A stretch of 61,770 nucleotides of DNA from Candidatus Bathyarchaeota archaeon (GCA_003601835.1 PIYB01000014.1:1-61770); one strand, 5' to 3'; numbered from the stretch's first letter, positions 18,695-27,684 are shown. A program made the numbers and translations. Notes: a model not told the origin generated them from the sequence alone.

Positions 18695-20107
18695 ATGGAA
18701 AAAGAGAACGTTGCCGGTCTCGAGATGGTCAAACCTAAGATGAGGCTAAACCTTGACCCCGGATTTTCACCTGTTGTGCTTTATAATCATGCATTTCTCA
18801 ATGCCGTGAGAGAATCTGGAGAAGGGGAGCCATTGGGGATCGCTATCGAACGCAACAACGGATTGACCTCCATCTTCAAAACAATGGTATTTGCCGAATC
18901 AAGCGAAATGGCGGAAGCCAACCTGTATTACGTAGAACGTCTAGTTAAGACTCTCTTGTGGATGTGGGGAGGATGGAGGATTGTGATAGGAGGCGCCGAG
19001 TATATTGGTCAGCATATCAGAAACGAATATTCTATCAAAGGGAAGAGATCGTTTGACGCAGAATTCATGAGCGGCGTCTATGAGAAACCTTTCACCGTCG
19101 AGGTTGTCGATTTCGATGACCTGCCACAGCCTAAAGAAGAAACGGTATCGTTAGGGGGGCACCTCGACGGATGCCGCATAGGGTTTGATGCAGGTGCTAG
19201 CGACATGAAAGTAGCCGCCGTCATTGACGGGAAAGTCGTGTTCAGCAAAGAAATAGTGTGGGATCCGAAGCACCAGAGTGATCCTCAATATCATTTCAGC
19301 AAGATTATGAGTGCGTTGCGTATGGCTGCTTCTCACATGCCACGGGTCGACGCAATAGGTGTAAGTGCCGCAGGAATCTACATAAAGAACAGAGTCCGGG
19401 TGGCTTCGCTCTTCAGGGGAGTTCCGCCAGATCTGTTCAAGAAGAAAGTACAAAACCTCTTCTTGGATATAAAGAGGGAGTGGGGTGGAATTCCACTCGA
19501 AGTAGTAAACGATGGCGATGTTGCTGCTCTCGCCGGGGCAATGGCCTTGAACGACACTAATGTCCTCGGGATTGCTCTTGGTTCAAGCGAAGCTGGCGGT
19601 TATATAGACAGCGAAGGCTATATCACAGGGTGGCTAAATGAACTTGCGTTTGTGCCGGTCGACCTCAACCCACAAGCTCCTATTGACGAATGGTCAGGTG
19701 ACCGTGGGTGTGGAGCACAATACTTCTCGCAGGAAGCAGCTATCAGACTAGCAAAGACTGCAGGCATTTCTCTTGATTCGAACCTGACTCCCGCTGAGAA
19801 ACTTAAGCACATCCAGAAACTGTTAGCTGAGGGCGATGAAAAAGTTAGGGAGATTTTTGAAACTATTGGCTACTATATGGGCTATGGCATTGCTCACTAC
19901 GCTGACTTCTATGACATTAAACATGTGCTCATTTTGGGACGCGTCACTTCAGGGGAGGGAGGAAACATTATCCTCGAAAAGGTTAATGAAGTCCTGAAAG
20001 TCGAGTTCCCCGACTTGGCAGACCAGATAAAGCTTCACTTACCCGATGAGTCGATAAGACGGGTCGGGCAAGCTATTGCAGCAGCGAGTCTGCCCGCTTT
20101 GAGTTAA
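18695..20107 (+). CDS. ROK/ASKHA-fold sugar kinase-like protein with a 150-aa N-terminal extension
   Basis: 470 aa. ASKHA phosphate-1 motif IGFDAGASDMKVA and VVNDGDVAALAG. The N-terminal 150 aa is unassigned. Confidence 0.6.
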   Translation: MEKENVAGLEMVKPKMRLNLDPGFSPVVLYNHAFLNAVRESGEGEPLGIAIERNNGLTSIFKTMVFAESSEMAEANLYYVERLVKTLLWMWGGWRIVIGGAEYIGQHIRNEYSIKGKRSFDAEFMSGVYEKPFTVEVVDFDDLPQPKEETVSLGGHLDGCRIGFDAGASDMKVAAVIDGKVVFSKEIVWDPKHQSDPQYHFSKIMSALRMAASHMPRVDAIGVSAAGIYIKNRVRVASLFRGVPPDLFKKKVQNLFLDIKREWGGIPLEVVNDGDVAALAGAMALNDTNVLGIALGSSEAGGYIDSEGYITGWLNELAFVPVDLNPQAPIDEWSGDRGCGAQYFSQEAAIRLAKTAGISLDSNLTPAEKLKHIQKLLAEGDEKVREIFETIGYYMGYGIAHYADFYDIKHVLILGRVTSGEGGNIILEKVNEVLKVEFPDLADQIKLHLPDESIRRVGQAIAAASLPALS

Positions 20108-20125
20108 TAATAGGAGACCAAAAAA

Positions 20126-20974
20126 ATGAAGTTTGAGAATGAAACGGCTGAATTATTTGTTCCAGACGGAGCATCCGCTGAGGAGGCCTTACGGAGAACC
20201 ACACACATAGGCATCGGAGCGCACCCAGATGATCTTGAGATTATGGCGTACCATGGAATTCTAGAATGCTTTATTAACCAAGACAAATGGTTTCTCGGAG
20301 TAACCGTAACTGACGGTGCGGGAAGCCCTAGGAACGGGTTCTACGCATCTTACTCTGACGAGGACATGCGAAGAGTCAGAAGAATGGAACAGAAGAAGGC
20401 TGCCTTTATCGGCGGATACAGCGGAGCAGTATTACTCGACTACCCAAGTTCCGCTGTGAAAGACCGAACGAACTGGAAAGTCCGAAATGACTTGAAGAAA
20501 ATAATCACGGTAGCAAAACCTTCAGTCATATACACACACAACCTAGCTGATAAACATGATACGCATGTTGCAGTTGCTGTCAGAGTTATCCAGGCCTTAA
20601 GAGAACTTCCCAAGGAGCTTCATCCACAGAAGCTCTGCGGCTGCGAAGTCTGGAGAGATCTCGATTGGATGATTGACGAAGACAAAGTCGTATTCGATGT
20701 TGGAACACATGAAAACCTTGCAGCCGCACTTACGGGCGTTTTCGATTCACAGATTTGCGGCGGAAAAAGGTATGACCTCGCAACGATGGGAAGAAGAAGA
20801 GCTAACGCCACCTACTACGAGACCCATGGCACTGACATTACTTCCGCAATGATCTACGCAATGGACCTCACACCTCTAATCAAGAATCCTGAACTGGACA
20901 TAAGAGAGTACGTTGTTGGTCACATTAAGAGGTTCAGCGAAGAAGTTTCTGAGAGACTTAGAAGACTCACATGA
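20126..20974 (+). CDS. PIG-L/LmbE family deacetylase
   Basis: 282 aa. IGAHPDDLEIMAY zinc-binding motif and a later HDTHVAV motif. Lies 19 nt downstream of the ROK-like gene. Confidence 0.8.
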   Translation: MKFENETAELFVPDGASAEEALRRTTHIGIGAHPDDLEIMAYHGILECFINQDKWFLGVTVTDGAGSPRNGFYASYSDEDMRRVRRMEQKKAAFIGGYSGAVLLDYPSSAVKDRTNWKVRNDLKKIITVAKPSVIYTHNLADKHDTHVAVAVRVIQALRELPKELHPQKLCGCEVWRDLDWMIDEDKVVFDVGTHENLAAALTGVFDSQICGGKRYDLATMGRRRANATYYETHGTDITSAMIYAMDLTPLIKNPELDIREYVVGHIKRFSEEVSERLRRLT

Positions 20975-21049
20975 AAAACTGATCGATATAGCTCGATCGA
21001 GTGGATGCCCTTTCAAATCGTTAAGTGAATAAAGTTAAAGATAATGCAT

Positions 21050-21307
21050 TTAGATTCTTATGTATGCAAATAGAGATTTTCTAAGAGGAACGTGCAAGAG
21101 AATATTTGTCGTCGGGTTGGACGGAGCGATTAGGTGAGCGGTACGAGAGACGTGAATATTGTTGTCCATGAATCCAACTGCGTGGAAGAGTATAGCCCAA
21201 AATGCGTAGGCTATTAGGACGAGTATTCTTCTCTCCCCAGCCGATATGACGGCTAATACTATGCCTCCCCGAGTTAGAGGTGAAGTGTGGATTCTAACGG
21301 GCTTCAA
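21050..21307 (-). CDS. small ORF P5 (hypothetical, two hydrophobic segments)
   Basis: 85 aa. Its TTG start overlaps the P4 stop (TTGA). Hydrophobic stretches GGIVLAVISAG and ILVLIAYAFWAILFHAVGF. Confidence 0.25.
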   Translation of the reverse strand: MKPVRIHTSPLTRGGIVLAVISAGERRILVLIAYAFWAILFHAVGFMDNNIHVSRTAHLIAPSNPTTNILLHVPLRKSLFAYIRI

Positions 21308-21498
21308 GGAAGGTCTGATCTTCGTGCATTTGCCTTTTCAATGGCTTCTGAGAGTCTTTCCATGGCTTCCCTGTGTTTCTTCAGCTCCTCAACTAGCTTT
21401 TTCAGTGCGGCTTCGAGTTTAGCCTCAGCCCTAACAACCTTGTCAGCTTGCTGTTTAGCTTCTCTCCTTACCTCAAGCAACCGTTTCAGGACGCTCAA
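21304..21498 (-). CDS. small ORF P4 (hypothetical coiled-coil); may be a frameshifted continuation of P3
   Basis: 64 aa with a heptad-like sequence. Only a TTG directly after an in-frame TAG is available as a start, and it overlaps P3 by 26 nt. Confidence 0.3.
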   Translation of the reverse strand: MSVLKRLLEVRREAKQQADKVVRAEAKLEAALKKLVEELKKHREAMERLSEAIEKANARRSDLP

Positions 21499-21622
21499 CT
21501 ACTTCACGGCTCTCCTTATATTGCTCAAGAATCTTTTGGAGCTTCTCCATGTTTCTCCGCAACTTCTCAGCTTCCAAGAGTAAACCCCTAATCGCCTCAG
21601 CAAGACTGTCAAGCTCTTTCAT
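21473..21622 (-). CDS. small ORF P3 (hypothetical coiled-coil)
   Basis: 49 aa, MKELDSLAEAIRGLLLEAEKLRRNMEKLQKILEQYKESREVVERPETVA. Its ATG lies 4 nt after the P2 stop (TAGTGAGATG). Found by manual translation. Confidence 0.3.
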   Translation of the reverse strand: MKELDSLAEAIRGLLLEAEKLRRNMEKLQKILEQYKESREVVERPETVA

Positions 21623-21626
21623 CTCA

Positions 21627-21785
21627 CTACGCAATCATTTCCGCCCCTTTCTCAGCCTTGATCTCGCCGGCCTCAGCTATCTTCTCCTCAAATATCTTCT
21701 TCACGGTCTCAACAGTATCCTTCTTGAACCTTTCAAGGTCTTCCTTGCTTACGGTTTCCTTCGGCGTTGCTTCACGGGATCTCAT
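21627..21785 (-). CDS. small ORF P2 (hypothetical, K/E-rich coiled-coil)
   Basis: 52 aa, MRSREATPKETVSKEDLERFKKDTVETVKKIFEEKIAEAGEIKAEKGAEMIA. Below the track's 60-aa cutoff, so found by manual translation. Confidence 0.3.
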   Translation of the reverse strand: MRSREATPKETVSKEDLERFKKDTVETVKKIFEEKIAEAGEIKAEKGAEMIA

Positions 21786-21945
21786 CTCTTATTATCTTTC
21801 TGATATTCTCAGTTGTCAACTCACCCTTACTCTTCGTCTGCTCCAGAGCAACCCGTTCGAGAAGCCTATCCCTAAAATCTGTTCCAACGGCACCCACAAC
21901 GTTGGGTGATCCCTGAATGATCCTGTAATAGGAGTCTTCCGTCAT
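21772..21945 (-). CDS. small ORF P1 of a five-ORF coupled array (hypothetical, helical)
   Basis: 57 aa from ATG 21945 (63 aa from TTG 21963). Its 3' end overlaps the ATG of P2 (ATGAGATCCCGTGA). Confidence 0.3.
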   Translation of the reverse strand: MTEDSYYRIIQGSPNVVGAVGTDFRDRLLERVALEQTKSKGELTTENIRKIIRDEIP

Positions 21946-21949
21946 CCCC

Positions 21950-22978
21950 GACCACGGTGTCAACTATGTTGACACGGCTTAACAGTACCATAACGGAAAA
22001 AGCGAGGTTGTTGTCGGCAAAGCGCTTAAAGACGGGTACCGTGAAAAAGTGAGGCTTGCAACCAAGATGCCTACGTGGCTCGTGAATTCTCAAGAGGACA
22101 TGGACATATGCCTTGACGAACAATTAAGCCGGCTGCAAACAGACTACATAGACTTCTATCTTCTTCACGGGCTTGGAAAAGAGAGATGGGAAAAGCTTCG
22201 AAGCCTAAATGTGCTTGAATGGGCTGAAAAAGCCATCGCTGAAGGCAAGATTAAGTACTTGGGTTTCAGCTTCCACGACACCTTCGACGTGTTCAAAGAG
22301 ATAATTGACGGCTACGATGGATGGACATTCTGCCAGATCCAATACAACTACATCGAGATCGAAAGCAGCACGCGTACACCGGGAACTCGGGGGCTGGAAT
22401 ACGCTGCGTCGAAAGGATTAGGCGTTGTGGTGATGGAGCCGATCCAAGGTGGAAACCTCGCCGTTAATCCGCCAGAAGAAATTCAAGCCATTTGGGATCA
22501 GGCGGAGATTAAAAGAACGCCTGCGGAGTGGGCTTTGCAATGGGTCTGGAGCCATCTGGAGGTTTCGGTTGTTCTAAGCGGAATGAGCACGATGGAACAG
22601 GTCATTGAAAACGTAGAAAGCGCAAACAGGTCAGGACCAAACACGCTTACAGAAAAAGAGCTTGAGCTCATAGAGAAAGTCCGCCGGAAATATCTAGAAT
22701 ACGGGTTCATCGGATGCACAGGCTGCAGATACTGCATGCCTTGTCCTCAAGGCGTAGCCATACCTGAAATCTTCGCTTTCTACAACAGGTACTACACGAA
22801 ACGCGGAGATCAAGACGCCCAAAAACAGATCATAAACGAGTATCTTAAAACCGTTAAACCTGAAAACGGCGCCAAAAAATGCGTCAAATGCGGAGAATGC
22901 GAAGAAAAATGTCCCCAACAGCTTCCCGTACGTAACCTGATCGCAAGAGCAGCAAGAATCTTCGAACGAGACCGATAA
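21950..22978 (+). pseudogene. aldo/keto reductase with C-terminal 4Fe-4S domain: 5'-truncated, with an in-frame TAA
   Basis: In-frame translation gives [40 protein letters not shown], continuing into the 309-aa ORF (LQTDYIDFYLLHG; C-terminal CTGCRYCMPCP and CVKCGECEEKCP). TAA at 21980-21982 sits where the family has Tyr. Roughly the first 35 residues have no counterpart upstream. Confidence 0.65.
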
Positions 22979-23100
22979 CCACAAACAACCAAAAAGAAAC
23001 CTTCCAGAATCCCGCTTAACAAAACAAAAACCATGTTGCTCCCTAAAAACAAACGTTGACCCAAAAATCTGAAATCAGCATCAGCCTAATGGAAAAAGAA

Positions 23101-23146
23101 AGAATCGAAAGAATTCGAAAGAACATTTATATAGAAAAATTTTTTT
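23101..23146 (+). repeat. dispersed intergenic element, copy A (TATA-like core)
   Basis: AGAATCGAAAGAATTCGAAAGAACATTTATATAGAAAAATTTTTTT lies between two convergent gene ends. About 36 of 39 positions match 43675-43712. Confidence 0.7.
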
Positions 23147-23185
23147 CCCACGAAAGAACGCAACCACGGCTTTCAACGTTAAAGC

Positions 23186-24070
23186 CTAGTATTGCCCAAG
23201 AGAACCGTCTCTTCTAGCCGCGTCATAACCCATTTTGAAAACGTAAAGAGCAACAGGGGTTGCTATTGCCGTGAACAAAACAAGGTTAACGGCATCGCTG
23301 AGAACGGCTGTCGAAACAAGGGTTTGACCGCCTTGAAGGCAAAGCCGGATTCCGTCAAGAGAATAGGTTAAAGGAAAGATCTTGCCGACCCACTCAAGAT
23401 ACCATGGAAGAATCTTCAACGGATAAAACACGCCTGAAACAAGCTGGGTCATCCACGAAAACGCCCACGTCAAAGGATTCCCCTGCTTCGTCTTCATTAT
23501 AACCCCCGCGCTTAAGACCCCTATCGCCATGTGGCTTGCTATAAGCAAAACGGAAAGAACGATCGCTGAAAGCACAGAAGCAAGGTTCAAACAGAAGGTT
23601 GCCCCCAGCAGCCAGCCGGCTAGAAACGAGATGAACAGGAAGGCTGAACAGATGATGAAGAAAAAGGTGGTCTCGCCTAGGAGAAACGTTTTGAAATCGG
23701 TTGCCGAGGACAGAACAGTCTCCATTGTACCGTTCCACTGTTCATCCCGAACGCTCATGTTTATGCTCTGAACAGCAAAGAACACATACTGCTGAAAGGC
23801 TATACCGATCAAGGCAAACGTGAAGTAGCCGCCGGTAACATATCCCGCTTCCTGAATCTGCTGCGGAGACGCAATAAGCGAGAACAAGTAATAGGTTGCT
23901 ACGAACAGAAGTATGCCTGAAATGTCAAGCGTCAGCCAAAACTTGTAAGTCCACCAAACCTTAAAATCCCTAACGATGAAGGAAGCCACTATTTGGTGAA
24001 CAGGAGTCTTCACGTGAGGAACATCCTCGGAAAGCAGCTCAACCAGTTTCTCAGTCTCCACCTTTTTCAT
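23186..24070 (-). CDS. ABC-2 type transporter permease
   Basis: 294 aa with six predicted hydrophobic helices. Paralogous to the adjacent permease; both share the N-terminal sequence around SYRTW/WWTYKFW. Confidence 0.7.
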   Translation of the reverse strand: MKKVETEKLVELLSEDVPHVKTPVHQIVASFIVRDFKVWWTYKFWLTLDISGILLFVATYYLFSLIASPQQIQEAGYVTGGYFTFALIGIAFQQYVFFAVQSINMSVRDEQWNGTMETVLSSATDFKTFLLGETTFFFIICSAFLFISFLAGWLLGATFCLNLASVLSAIVLSVLLIASHMAIGVLSAGVIMKTKQGNPLTWAFSWMTQLVSGVFYPLKILPWYLEWVGKIFPLTYSLDGIRLCLQGGQTLVSTAVLSDAVNLVLFTAIATPVALYVFKMGYDAARRDGSLGQY

Positions 24071-24076
24071 CCCCCT

Positions 24077-24958
24077 CTAATAGCTGGCAACCGTTCCTTC
24101 CTTCCGTATCCTGTCACAACCCCACCTGAAAACCCACAACCCGGCGGGTATGAAAACAGCCGTGAAAACCGCTAAAACCATCAAATCGTTCATGACAATA
24201 GGCAAAGCTGACGTTACACCTGTGAGAAGAATCCTCCGAGCGGCATCCAAAGCATAAGTATAGGGCATAAGCCACGCTAATCCCCAGAGAACGGGGTAAT
24301 CCTGCAAGTATCTCAACGGAAAAAGCACGCCGCCCAGAAACTCCGTGATGCTTGCTAAAAGAAAGGTCAAGGGATCGCCTTTCTTGTAAACAAGGATTAT
24401 TCCCGCTGCCATTATCCCGATGCCGAGGTAGCTCAGGATCATCATCAACAAAACAAGAAGGAACAAACTCATGGTTTCAACCGTTATTATCAAAGGCACT
24501 CGGAGAACAAAGATGCCGATCAACAACGTTCCAAGCATGAAATACCCGCTTACAAGAAAACCTCGGATGGACTGGCCTACAATGTAAGACCGCATTTTAA
24601 TCATCGAACAGATCACGGGCTCCAAGGTTCCCTCCCTAATCTCATGCTGTAAAGAATGGCTTATCCTGCTGATGCACATCCAAAGATAATTAGCCGTCGC
24701 CACGCCAACAAGGGCAAAAGCTAACCAGTCAACATCTCCGTAGCCAGCAGCAACAAACCGTCTCGGGTCAACCTGCAAACCCATGAAGAAGTACATCGCG
24801 ATTGAGGCAATGGTACTCATAGTCTCAGTTATGACCCAAGTTCTGTAGGAAAGAAAGATCTTGAAGTTAGCCCAGAAAACCGCCCACACATGCGTTATCT
24901 CCGACGCCAAACGCGGAGGCTCCTCCTTGAAAAGGCTCACCAACTCCTCAACCTTCAC
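24077..24958 (-). CDS. ABC-2 type transporter permease
   Basis: 293 aa polytopic membrane protein. Lies 2 nt after the ATPase gene and 6 nt before the next permease. Confidence 0.7.
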   Translation of the reverse strand: MKVEELVSLFKEEPPRLASEITHVWAVFWANFKIFLSYRTWVITETMSTIASIAMYFFMGLQVDPRRFVAAGYGDVDWLAFALVGVATANYLWMCISRISHSLQHEIREGTLEPVICSMIKMRSYIVGQSIRGFLVSGYFMLGTLLIGIFVLRVPLIITVETMSLFLLVLLMMILSYLGIGIMAAGIILVYKKGDPLTFLLASITEFLGGVLFPLRYLQDYPVLWGLAWLMPYTYALDAARRILLTGVTSALPIVMNDLMVLAVFTAVFIPAGLWVFRWGCDRIRKEGTVASY

Positions 24959-24960
24959 CG

Positions 24961-25950
24961 TTATTCCTCCTCGCTTGCTAGCTTCACAAAAATATCCTCG
25001 AACGTAGGCTCAGACTGCCGGATCGCTGAAACCTTAACCCTCAACCGCTGAACCTTCTCAGCTATTTCAGGGATCGCCTCGTACTCGTTGTCAACCTGTA
25101 ACCGGATCACGTGACCGTAAGCGTTATTCTTAATCTCCAAAACCTTTCCCACAACAGGAATGGCAACAAGCTGCTCCGCAACCTTCTGGAGATCAGAAGC
25201 CTCTCTCACCTCAACCTCAACGGACCTTATTTCCCTCAACATCTCCCGTAGCTGCGAAGGCGGAGCATCAACAATGATCCTGCCTTTCCTCATAATGGCT
25301 ACCCGTTGACAAAGCTGCTCAACCTCGAACATGTTGTGGCTTGTGAATATTATGGTCTTCCCGAGCTCCGCGTTAAGCGCCGTCAAAAGCTTCCGTGTTT
25401 CAACAGCGCTGATCGTATCCAACCCGATCGTAGGCTCATCCATGAAAAGAATAGGTGGATTATGAAGCAGCGCCCGGGCAAGCATAACCCGAACCTTCAT
25501 CCCTGTTGAATATTCTTTCACGAGCTTTCCACGGTCCTCAGTTAAACCGAAGAACTCCAGAAGCGCGTCAATTCGTCTTTTAGCCACATCCTTCGGAACA
25601 TTCTGCAAGTACGCGTAGAAACGTAAATTGTCCTCTGCGCTAAGCCTCCAATACAGAGACCGTCCACCCGTCTCGCCGTGGAACCAGCCGAAGCTGCGCC
25701 TAACCTTGTATGGCTCCTTTATGATGTCGTATCCATTGATCTTCGCTGTGCCCTCGTCGGGAAGAATTATCGTGCAAAGCATCTTTATGAGCGTAGTCTT
25801 GCCTGCGCCGTTTGGACCTAACAGTCCGAAAAACTCCCCCTTCCCAATCTTGATGTTCACATGGTCCACTGCTTTAACAACTCGTTTCCTGCCTTTCTCC
25901 TTTGTTTCGAACATTTTCGAGAGCTGAAAAGTTTCAACAGCGTAATCCAA
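24961..25950 (-). CDS. ABC transporter ATP-binding protein
   Basis: 329 aa. Walker A GPNGAGKTT, signature YSTGMKVRV, Walker B ILFMDEPT, H-loop SHNM. TTG start. Confidence 0.9.
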   Translation of the reverse strand: MDYAVETFQLSKMFETKEKGRKRVVKAVDHVNIKIGKGEFFGLLGPNGAGKTTLIKMLCTIILPDEGTAKINGYDIIKEPYKVRRSFGWFHGETGGRSLYWRLSAEDNLRFYAYLQNVPKDVAKRRIDALLEFFGLTEDRGKLVKEYSTGMKVRVMLARALLHNPPILFMDEPTIGLDTISAVETRKLLTALNAELGKTIIFTSHNMFEVEQLCQRVAIMRKGRIIVDAPPSQLREMLREIRSVEVEVREASDLQKVAEQLVAIPVVGKVLEIKNNAYGHVIRLQVDNEYEAIPEIAEKVQRLRVKVSAIRQSEPTFEDIFVKLASEEE

Positions 25951-26301
25951 GGACTACTCCTTCCTTAGAAAAGTTTAACAGCGCCTACAACCGGCTTAAT
26001 TGCTAACAAGAATTCGGAAACGCCTATGGTTCATAGAGCAAGCCGGTTTTCAGAGAACATGAACATCTCACCGTTTTGATGTAGGCGCAATAAAGTTCTG
26101 CTGAACATATTTAAATTTTTCTAGGGTTCCTCCAATCCGTCCTTTGTTTTCTTCTGGGCAGCCGTTCTTGTTGTCAGCACACTTTAAGTAGGCACATGGC
26201 AAATCATGTTTTTCTAAAAGCAAACTATAAAGGGATATTGTTACTATCTATTGACGATTATCCCGGGACCAGCATGTCCACCGCCAAAGAGTTGTCTAAC
26301 A

Positions 26302-26859
26302 ATGAAAAGAAAGTTGCTGGCTGCAAGACTCGATCTTGCTGACAAAATATCTGAAATCGCATCTCGAAAAGGAACCCTTTACGATTACGTAAATGACATT
26401 CTAGAACAGGCTATTAGAGCTGAAGAACTAGGCATAAGGCTTAAGGAGGTCCTCGACGACCGGTGGCTAATCAAAACCGCGAGAGACGCAGGATTCATAG
26501 TTATCCCGAAAAAGATCATCTGCGAACTAGCTGAACAGGCTTATGCGAAGCTTGGAAAAAAGAAGATGAAAAAACTCTGGTACGAAACCGGACAGTGGTA
26601 TGGAAAATATTACGACGATCTAAAAGAATTCGAAAAAGCAGTTAAAAGATATTTCTGGGACCTCTCCGAGTTTAAACTCGCCAAAAAAGGCGAAAATTTA
26701 ACCCTAACCTGTTTAAGCTCGAAATACTCTGAGGTTTACCCCGAGCTGTTCAGCAAGTTTCTGGAAGGAGCCTTGAACGCACTTGGATACAGCCTAGAAG
26801 AAGGCGAGGTTTCCAAAGGCATTATTAGCCTTAGATTTTCAAAGTCGAAGGGTAAGTGA
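26302..26859 (+). CDS. RHH-like plus V4R-like domain protein, paralogue A
   Basis: Aligns along its full length with the next ORF. Examples: KLLAARLDLADKISEIASRKGTLYDYVNDILEQAIRA against KLIRAPADLVSKLNEAANREGKTFYNYVSEIFEQAVRA; WYETGQWYG against WYQTGKWYG; C-terminal EGALNALGY...KGIISLRFS against EGAMHSLGY...KGIIRLKFS. Alternative TTG start at 26251. Confidence 0.5.
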   Translation: MKRKLLAARLDLADKISEIASRKGTLYDYVNDILEQAIRAEELGIRLKEVLDDRWLIKTARDAGFIVIPKKIICELAEQAYAKLGKKKMKKLWYETGQWYGKYYDDLKEFEKAVKRYFWDLSEFKLAKKGENLTLTCLSSKYSEVYPELFSKFLEGALNALGYSLEEGEVSKGIISLRFSKSKGK

Positions 26860-27437
26860 TGTCTAAAGAACGTTCAAGGAACCAGAAGCTCATCAGAGCC
26901 CCAGCTGACCTAGTGTCAAAACTGAACGAGGCAGCAAACAGGGAAGGAAAAACGTTCTACAACTATGTCTCCGAAATCTTTGAGCAAGCCGTTAGAGCCT
27001 ACGAAATGAATCACAGCTTGAAAGAGATAATTGACAACTATGAGATTCTTGAAGTGCACAAAGAAGCCGGTGCAATATTCACGCCGAGAGACATACTGGA
27101 TCACCTGATCAAGAAAACGTATCAAGAAGACGGCAAGTCTCTGCAGCAACTCTGGTATCAAACCGGAAAATGGTACGGAATCTACTTGAAAGAAAAGTTT
27201 GAGGATTCCCTCCAAGCCTTCCACCATCTGCTGAAGGAAGGAAGGTGGGACCTGAACCAAGTTTTCATGAAACGGAACCAGAAAACAATAGAATTCAGAT
27301 GCGTTTCCGCCTTCATATCGCAAGAAAGAACCATGCTCATCAAAAAGTTTATCGAGGGCGCGATGCACTCGCTGGGCTACAAAACCCAAGAAACCGAATG
27401 CTTCAAAGGGATCATACGCCTAAAATTCTCTCCGTAA
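26856..27437 (+). CDS. RHH-like plus V4R-like domain protein, paralogue B
   Basis: 193 aa. Overlaps paralogue A by 4 nt (GTGATG). The C-terminal ETECFKGIIRLKF resembles the V4R E-x-x-C-x-x-G terminus. Confidence 0.5.
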   Translation: MMSKERSRNQKLIRAPADLVSKLNEAANREGKTFYNYVSEIFEQAVRAYEMNHSLKEIIDNYEILEVHKEAGAIFTPRDILDHLIKKTYQEDGKSLQQLWYQTGKWYGIYLKEKFEDSLQAFHHLLKEGRWDLNQVFMKRNQKTIEFRCVSAFISQERTMLIKKFIEGAMHSLGYKTQETECFKGIIRLKFSP

Positions 27438-27673
27438 AACAGATTTTCCACCACGAATGTTTTATGTTGCCGTGTCTACGCGTAACCGGCGCCCGCCCAC
27501 ATTGTCTTCTTTGTTCATGAAATATCACTGTCTTCAAATTGTGAAATGTTGTCAAATTAAACCTGTCAGATGGAACCGCGATATCCGCATATTAGTTCCA
27601 AGTATGCGTCGTTGTTATCGACACTTGTAAGCTGCCAAACTTGTAGACAAAACGTTGCAGCTTGTTAACACAA

Positions 27674-27684
27674 ACTATAAATAT
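27674..27684 (+). promoter_or_regulatory. TATA-box candidate for the surface-protein gene
   Basis: CAAACTATAAATAT lies about 55 nt before ATG 27736, and AAGGAAG lies just upstream of the ATG. The same 11-mer CAAACTATAAA occurs at 26221-26231 upstream of paralogue A. Confidence 0.4.

Noticed and set aside
21050-21300. IS/transposase (TnpB-like) remnant in the block next to the AKR truncation.
   Set aside because: I translated all six frames by eye. Fragments such as VNIVVHESNCVEEYSPKC do not fit the TnpB zinc-finger or RuvC motifs, and no terminal inverted repeats were seen.
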